Assembly (NCBI GenBank): GCA_011391785.1
Contig: JAABPW010000228.1
Span: 9,946-73,945 of the forward strand
DNA from: Verrucomicrobiota bacterium
GTDB taxonomy: Bacteria; Verrucomicrobiota; Kiritimatiellia; CAIKKV01; CAITUY01
Reading direction: 5' to 3'
Length of the DNA: 64,000 bases
The notes below the pieces were generated by a model. The model ran no database searches. It had not been told where the DNA came from and saw only the letters and a list, made by a program, of their open reading frames with translations. A program made the translations under genes and the position numbers. Of the stretch, positions 58,838-64,000 are shown one piece after another; the first letter of the stretch is position 1, and each line of letters opens with the position of its first letter.

Positions 58838-58990
58838 TCAAATCAGTTCCCATTCATCATCTCCTTGCTTTCCTTATGTTCAACCCCTCATTCCGGCACC
58901 GTTTTGTCAGGCAGGTGCCTGAATCGCGGAAATGTAGGGGTGGGGGGACAAAGGGTCAAGGGCGATCTGAAGAAGTTCTTGATGGACGCT
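58838..58990 (-). promoter_or_regulatory. promoter-operator cassette copy 1: -35 TTGACC / 17 bp / -10 TACATT, then the 16-bp palindrome TCAGGCA-NN-TGCCTGA and a conserved ATGATGAATGGGAACTGA leader
   Basis: minus-strand reading of 58954-58959 (-35), 58931-58936 (-10), 58907-58922 (palindrome); whole cassette repeated at 63034-63160. Confidence 0.7.
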
Positions 58991-59592
58991 TAATTCGCGC
59001 CAGTATCAATAGCCTGCGACGCTTCGCTGGGTGTATTCATTCTCTTAAGGGCGCGAAGCGACGCCTTCATTTCAGTAAGTGTGTGGAATCCCGCCTCCTG
59101 TTCCCTGCGCCAGCGGTAGGCGTCATCCGCTTCAACCCGGGCAATGGTCCACTCAATCGCTTCAATCTGAAGCTCGGGGAGCGTCTTCTGCTGGTGTGAT
59201 TGCCACCAGGCAGCGATGTTGTCGCGGGTCAGGTAGGAGGGGCCGGACTTGTTGTAGGAGTACCATTCCACCTGCCAGACGATGATATTGAGGCACGCAT
59301 CGCCAACAGTTGTCCGGGTAGAGGTGTCGGCCTGGAAGCAGGGGCAGGCGGGGCGACGGTCTGGCAGGCTCGCGATTAGGGCGGGGAATACCGCCGTTCC
59401 CATGCTGATGAGCTTGTCATAAGCGAGCACCGCCGCCGGTGGATTGAACTGGCTGGTGGTATCCGCGAGCAGGTTGACCAGGTCCTGCGGCCTGTCCGGG
59501 CGAAAATCACTGAACGTCCGTGTCTGGCAGGAGGCGGTAAACATCCCCGCTATAGTCATCACAATCGCAATTGCCTGGTTTATTTTCATCAT
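58990..59592 (-). CDS. hypothetical lipoprotein
   Basis: ~200 aa from MMKINQAIAIVMTIAGMFTASC (lipobox); the ORF extends upstream but its N-terminus is non-protein-like. Confidence 0.6.
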   Translation of the reverse strand: MMKINQAIAIVMTIAGMFTASCQTRTFSDFRPDRPQDLVNLLADTTSQFNPPAAVLAYDKLISMGTAVFPALIASLPDRRPACPCFQADTSTRTTVGDACLNIIVWQVEWYSYNKSGPSYLTRDNIAAWWQSHQQKTLPELQIEAIEWTIARVEADDAYRWRREQEAGFHTLTEMKASLRALKRMNTPSEASQAIDTGAN

Positions 59593-59665
59593 TCTTATGG
59601 AGTGCCGACTCAAGCGACCACTCTCCAAATTTCCCGATGCCCTCTGGCATCTATATTCCTGGGCT

Positions 59666-60493
59666 TTATTCCTGATCACCCTTGGGCTTGATTCCGGCCC
59701 CTGCGATGATTTTCCTGATCTCATCTTTTGAGTCGAGGTTCTCCATTTTGAATCGGAAAGTTTTCACGATGCAGGAGACAAAATCCATCACGTCATTCGT
59801 GCAGCCTTTTCGGGTGCGGATATGCATTCCCACCGTCTGGGTTCCCGCCCTGTTCTGGATCGAGACATGTGATTTGGTGAAGTCATCAGGAGTCTCTCCT
59901 ACTCGAACCAGTCCGCGTGTTTCAGACGTGTGATAGGTGTGGACGCGCCGCATGCCTCGGCCTACTGAGAAGCCCTTTTCTTGAAGGAGTATTGAATTCA
60001 CAACGAAAACGGACCAATCCTCAAGACAGGCCTCCCATAATGATTCCGGGAGCATCTGCTCAGCGCGTATTTCCATGTCCAGGAATGTCGTGCCTGGACA
60101 CGGTGCGAGCGCACGGTAGGGATGGCTGGCGGGCAGCTTGGCTAACGCCTGTGATAAAATATTATTTGTCCATTCAGGCGCTGAAGGGTTGAACGGAATC
60201 AAAAAAAAGAAGCTTAGCCGGTCAGTGTTGCCCAGAACCACGCAACCTTCTCCGGATGACTTCAGTTGAACCGCGTTGGTCGAGGGGATGATGAATTCGG
60301 CATAACCAACATCGCAGGTCACGCCATGTTTGGCCTGGATGGGTGACAAGTCGAGTTCCGTCGCAACGACCCCGGCGCGATATCGCACTTCCGGATGATG
60401 GTACAGCTTATGTAACACATACCACCGCGAGCCCACACGCCATCCCGCGAGTGCGATAGCTAGCACAACAATGCTGATTATCCATTTCTTCAT
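59666..60493 (-). CDS. hypothetical exported protein (N-terminal signal anchor)
   Basis: 275 aa; MKKWIISIVVLAIALAG. Confidence 0.6.
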   Translation of the reverse strand: MKKWIISIVVLAIALAGWRVGSRWYVLHKLYHHPEVRYRAGVVATELDLSPIQAKHGVTCDVGYAEFIIPSTNAVQLKSSGEGCVVLGNTDRLSFFFLIPFNPSAPEWTNNILSQALAKLPASHPYRALAPCPGTTFLDMEIRAEQMLPESLWEACLEDWSVFVVNSILLQEKGFSVGRGMRRVHTYHTSETRGLVRVGETPDDFTKSHVSIQNRAGTQTVGMHIRTRKGCTNDVMDFVSCIVKTFRFKMENLDSKDEIRKIIAGAGIKPKGDQE

Positions 60494-60535
60494 CAGATTT
60501 CCGGTCCAAATGTCAGGACATCTCCGCTCCCTGCA

Positions 60536-60898
60536 TCATCCTGGGTTATAGCTCTTCGAAAGGTGGATTGAATATCCATCCGGGGTATTGAATATCACCT
60601 CGTTCTCTTTCCACTCAACAGCGCACTGCTTCATCCAGCCTGCCTTGTCATTGGTATATTGAATTGAGAATTCCGCGGGATAGTCCCATCCGCCACGATC
60701 AATATAAACCCTTTGCCTTTCGGCATGGAGGAAATCAACAATAGGGCTAAATGTCTGAACTCTTAAGGACAAATTCCCTTCAGGGGCTTTGTAGACATGA
60801 AGATCCTTCCATTCCCCCGCCGTTGAAAGAATTATCATGGCTGTGGGGAGCAGCAGCGTGATGAGGATAAGAAGTGTTGCTGCTGTTGATTTCTTCAT
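60536..60898 (-). CDS. hypothetical small secreted protein
   Basis: 120 aa; signal peptide MKKSTAATLLILITLLLPTA; abuts the upstream SPase-like gene. Confidence 0.6.
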   Translation of the reverse strand: MKKSTAATLLILITLLLPTAMIILSTAGEWKDLHVYKAPEGNLSLRVQTFSPIVDFLHAERQRVYIDRGGWDYPAEFSIQYTNDKAGWMKQCAVEWKENEVIFNTPDGYSIHLSKSYNPG

Positions 60899-60899
60899 T

Positions 60900-62009
60900 T
60901 CATTTTCCTTCCAGGGCGCTGATCCTGGTAAACGGCCAGTAGATCCGGGTCACCCTGCCGAGGATGTTCCGCTCGGGTACGGCGCCCCAGAATCGGCTGT
61001 CAAAGCTGTTCTGGGTGTTGTCGCCAAGAACCAGGTATTCATGGGGGCCAAGGGTGATTTCGTCGGTGGGTTTTGAAAGGCGTCCGCCGACCGGTCCAGC
61101 GAGCTGGAATCCAGCGTAGCCGCCGGACGAGGTCGATATGGTCTTGAATATCGGTGGTTCCATCACCTCGTGGCCGTTCACGATCAGGAAGGGGGGCGCG
61201 ATACGGATCCGTTCCCCGGGAAGCCCGGCGATGCGCTTGATATAGAAAGTGCCGGGAGGGAGGGTAGGGATGCCCTCGGTGCGGAAGACCACGATGTCAC
61301 CCCGCTTTGGCTTGCTGAAAAGATACGAGATCCGCTCGATGAACACGTGGTCACCGGCGGTTACGATGCCTGCCCACAGCGTATCGCCAGCTGACACTTG
61401 CTCGCCGGGCTGCTTGAGCGGTGGCGCGAAGCGCGGTAGCTCATACTGCCGGGAACCGACACGACATGTCAGCCAGGATGGGTCAACTCGGGAAAGAGAC
61501 ATCGCGGAAAACGTGCCGCTGGACTCCGCCTTGACCTCCAGATAACGCTGCCCCGACAGGAGCCACTGGGAAAAGCCAGGCTTGTCACACGAATCCGCAG
61601 GCATGCTTCGCGCATGGGTCCCGAAGATGGTCGGCTGCATTGTGCCGGTTGGCACCTTGAAGGGATGGATGAATTGCCGTGCCAGGAAGCTTGAGCCGCT
61701 TCTGAGAACTATGGCTATAACAATGAGGGTTAGCCAGCCGGGGATCCCGATCCGCTGGACGGGGCGGTATGATTGCTTGAGCATCACGAGCCACAAGACA
61801 ACGCCGGCGGGAATAATGGCCAGTCCGAGAATGAAGGGGGCCATGCCCGGAGTGGCAAGGAGCGCCACGCCGACAACGCCACAGGCAAACAGGCTAATAT
61901 ACCACTTCAGGCCAGCTGCACGCTGGCCCGACAGGAAATGGGCGGCGCCGGCGAGTAGCATCCCAAGCACTACGCCAACCCACTCGCGATATGGTTGTTT
62001 GTTGTTCAT
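60900..62009 (-). CDS. signal peptidase I (S26) homolog with extended polytopic N-terminus and Thr at the nucleophile position
   Basis: 369 aa; boxes B-E recognisable (VPTGTMQPT in place of PSGSMxPT, KRGDIVVF, YIKRIAGLPGE, GDNTQNSFDSRFWG); ~110-aa N-terminal region with 3-4 TM helices. Confidence 0.75.
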   Translation of the reverse strand: MNNKQPYREWVGVVLGMLLAGAAHFLSGQRAAGLKWYISLFACGVVGVALLATPGMAPFILGLAIIPAGVVLWLVMLKQSYRPVQRIGIPGWLTLIVIAIVLRSGSSFLARQFIHPFKVPTGTMQPTIFGTHARSMPADSCDKPGFSQWLLSGQRYLEVKAESSGTFSAMSLSRVDPSWLTCRVGSRQYELPRFAPPLKQPGEQVSAGDTLWAGIVTAGDHVFIERISYLFSKPKRGDIVVFRTEGIPTLPPGTFYIKRIAGLPGERIRIAPPFLIVNGHEVMEPPIFKTISTSSGGYAGFQLAGPVGGRLSKPTDEITLGPHEYLVLGDNTQNSFDSRFWGAVPERNILGRVTRIYWPFTRISALEGK

Positions 62010-62024
62010 CCCTGCATGCGTTTC

Positions 62025-63026
62025 CTAGTAGCAGTCGCTTGCCCATGTGACGTTTCCACGGGTGTCGATCATGAAGTAGATGCAGCCTACGTCTCCAAAC
62101 ATCATTTCATAGAGCTCCCCGTCTGACTCTTCGTCGCCGTCCGATATGCTCCGCGGGAGTGCTTCCATGTTCGTAAACGGCCATTTTTCTTTAGGCTGAA
62201 CACTGCTGAGCGCGCAAATGAACTCCTGGCCCTTTTTGCGGGGATCGCCCTGGATTACATAGGTTTCCCGGCCGATCTTCGTGCTTTGACTCTTTGAGAG
62301 GAGGTAGGATTCATAGTGCCCTTCCTTTTCAAAGATCTCGGTGCTGTCCGGATATTCGTTACAGCGGTGGAGCTCGCCCGCGAGTTCGGGAACAGCAAAA
62401 CCGGGTTTCGGGCAGTCCTTTTGGGTCATCGGTTGCCGGAGCGAGGCGGAAGACCACTCGATATGCACATCGCCCGGGTCGCCTGCATAACTCTCGGAGT
62501 CCTTGAAGAACACCAGCATGATGTCGCCAGGCAACTTGTCCGACACAATATCCTTCGAGTCCAGGAAACAGAACTGGGCTACAAATGTATAGGGCCTGCC
62601 TGTCTTTTCGGTGGGCCATTGCAAGGATTTCTCCCTGTGCGGCACACCCCCTGTTTTCGTCAGGTAAGGCTTCTCCGGCGCCCCATGACTCCAGATAATC
62701 GTGTCAACCGGCACACGCCGTCCCAGATCGTGTTTTTTCGCGACACGCTCCCGGACGAGTTCCACCTGGCAAAGGTCGGAGGGGCTGCTGATGATCGTGC
62801 CGCTGGCCTTCCAGAGATCGAGAGGATCACCCTTCGGGGTAGTCGAGTACTGGTGCGGACCGTCCTTCTTCTCGAAAGTCTCGATAGGGAAGATCGCGCG
62901 CCACTTGGCGAAGTCTACCGTCGGATGGTGCTTCGCCGCAGGTCCCTTGATGGAAGAACTGTCGGGCTCCTGTTTCGTGCACGAAGCAAGGACAGTTGCA
63001 AGAAGTATTACAGGTACTATCTTTTT
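62025..63026 (-). CDS. DUF1963/YwqG-like lipoprotein
   Basis: ~333 aa from MKKIVPVILLATVLASC (lipobox); C-terminal blocks TFVAQFCFLD...GDIMLVFF...GELYEMMFGDVGCIYFMID resemble the YwqG family; directly downstream of promoter cassette 2. Confidence 0.6.
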   Translation of the reverse strand, partial: KKIVPVILLATVLASCTKQEPDSSSIKGPAAKHHPTVDFAKWRAIFPIETFEKKDGPHQYSTTPKGDPLDLWKASGTIISSPSDLCQVELVRERVAKKHDLGRRVPVDTIIWSHGAPEKPYLTKTGGVPHREKSLQWPTEKTGRPYTFVAQFCFLDSKDIVSDKLPGDIMLVFFKDSESYAGDPGDVHIEWSSASLRQPMTQKDCPKPGFAVPELAGELHRCNEYPDSTEIFEKEGHYESYLLSKSQSTKIGRETYVIQGDPRKKGQEFICALSSVQPKEKWPFTNMEALPRSISDGDEESDGELYEMMFGDVGCIYFMIDTRGNVTWASDCY

Positions 63027-63033
63027 CATATTC

Positions 63034-63160
63034 AGATCAGTTCCCATTCATCATTCCGATGCCGTATTGTCAGGCAGGTGCCTGAATTGCGGAAATGTAG
63101 GGGCGGGGGAGTGAACGGTCAAGGGCGATCTGGATAAGTCCTTGGTGACGGAGGGTTTGC
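63034..63160 (-). promoter_or_regulatory. promoter-operator cassette copy 2 (-35 TTGACC 63117-63122, -10 TACATT 63094-63099, palindrome TCAGGCAGGTGCCTGA 63070-63085, leader ATGATGAATGGGAACTGA)
   Basis: near-identical to copy 1 except for a 44-nt indel between the palindrome and the leader; read directly from the sequence. Confidence 0.7.
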
Positions 63161-63808
63161 CTGTTTTGAAGTTATTCCGTTGAGGAGGTCGCATGCCGTC
63201 TTTTTGCGTTTCGCGTTGTTTTCCAGTGCGGTGCGGTAGTCTTTCAGGCGCTCCTCCAGTATGCGAATCTGGCTCTCATTGACTGGCGTCAGCTTGCTTT
63301 GTTTATCAAGGGTGGCTTGAAGCTTGTCGATGACTCTGGCAAGCCGGTTGCATTCCTTGGTCAGCGACTTGATCAATACCTCAAGCTCGCTTTGCTGCGG
63401 ATGGACCTCTTTTCCCAGGGGACGCAGGCTGCATCCGGCATCACCAAGGTCGACGAGCTTGCTCTTCACTATATTGAAACGATATCTCGTGTCTGGGCGG
63501 TACAGGCGGGCCGGGTCGCCTGACGCAAGGTAGCCATCATGGTGGAGCCTGAAATACTGGCCGGCGTAATTGGTTGGTGAGAGCACAAAGAAGAGGAACG
63601 CTCCGGCGCCTGAACCGGTAGCCTTGTCGCCTGTAAATAGCGGGGCATGTTCCCCCGTTGGCAGTTCGCGCCACAATTCATAACCAGCGAGCGAGGCGGT
63701 GACCTCGATCGTTTCAGGGTGCGGCGTGGGGTCCTGCCGGGATGCCTTGTTCATCTGGCAGGCGGAGGTTGTGGCAATGGCAAGAATCAATACGGCAAGT
63801 GTTCTCAT
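63119..63808 (-). CDS. hypothetical lipoprotein with C-terminal coiled coil
   Basis: 229 aa; MRTLAVLILAIATTSAC lipobox; its stop codon lies inside the -35 of cassette copy 2. Confidence 0.6.
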   Translation of the reverse strand: MRTLAVLILAIATTSACQMNKASRQDPTPHPETIEVTASLAGYELWRELPTGEHAPLFTGDKATGSGAGAFLFFVLSPTNYAGQYFRLHHDGYLASGDPARLYRPDTRYRFNIVKSKLVDLGDAGCSLRPLGKEVHPQQSELEVLIKSLTKECNRLARVIDKLQATLDKQSKLTPVNESQIRILEERLKDYRTALENNAKRKKTACDLLNGITSKQANPPSPRTYPDRP

Positions 63809-63881
63809 GATTGTTTTTCGCTATTGAACATCAGCGCACACTCCCGATCCTGCCGGCTGGCATCCATGGCCAGACTGGCTC

Positions 63882-64000
63882 AGGGTTCAAACCTGACCCA
63901 GTCCACGTTGTTTACCGCTCCGCCGGGGAAGACCAGGTACAGGTTGTGAATGCCGGCGGCATGATCGATGCCGCATTCGGACTGGCCGGGAAGGAGCTGG
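63882..64000 (-). CDS. 3' end of an unidentified minus-strand CDS running off the window
   Basis: protein-like reading frame ...LLPGQSECGIDHAAGIHNLYLVFPGGAVNNVDWVRFEP* ending at TGA; too short for the ORF track. Confidence 0.3.

Noticed and set aside
63647-63949. 100-aa plus-strand ORF at the window end
   Set aside because: The translation is not protein-like. The opposite strand carries a better protein-like frame ending at 63882, reported as a low-confidence partial CDS.

Overview
This 64 kb window is high-GC (~62-65%) and probably comes from a PVC-superphylum-like bacterium (Verrucomicrobia/Kiritimatiellae/Lentisphaerae-type); that assignment is a guess from gene content. The left half (1-33 kb) is mostly conserved housekeeping genes on both strands: purL, cysE, a fused metX-metW, cutA, aroB, corA, a long U32 peptidase, a UbiA-family prenyltransferase paired with a GT2 polyprenol-phosphate glycosyltransferase, a four-subunit 2-oxoacid:ferredoxin oxidoreductase operon, guaB, a stand-alone fusA, a sulfur-trafficking cluster (two YeeE/YedE genes, one fused to a triple rhodanese, plus a secreted MBL-fold/rhodanese fusion), tRNA-Asp(GTC), uppP, kdsD/kpsF, leuB, dnaG and cvpA. 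The right half (33-64 kb) is accessory. It holds four paralogous secreted TolB-like beta-propeller proteins carrying CxxCH (PSCyt1-like) motifs; one has HEAT repeats and is linked to an IclR regulator, and one is fused to a formylglycine-generating-enzyme (FGE) domain. These lie with a YVTN-propeller/di-heme cytochrome c peroxidase fusion, an aldo/keto reductase and a tandem RidA-like protein, in an apparent operon that shares a 24-nt upstream motif with the IclR-adjacent paralog. There are two lower-GC islands, at ~44.0-48.4 kb (giant secreted coiled-coil protein triad) and ~57.9-64 kb (lipoprotein/secreted-protein genes with a signal-peptidase-I homolog carrying Thr at the nucleophile position). 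The second island contains a ~115-145 bp promoter-operator cassette present twice. I found no rRNA, CRISPR array, transposase or integrase.
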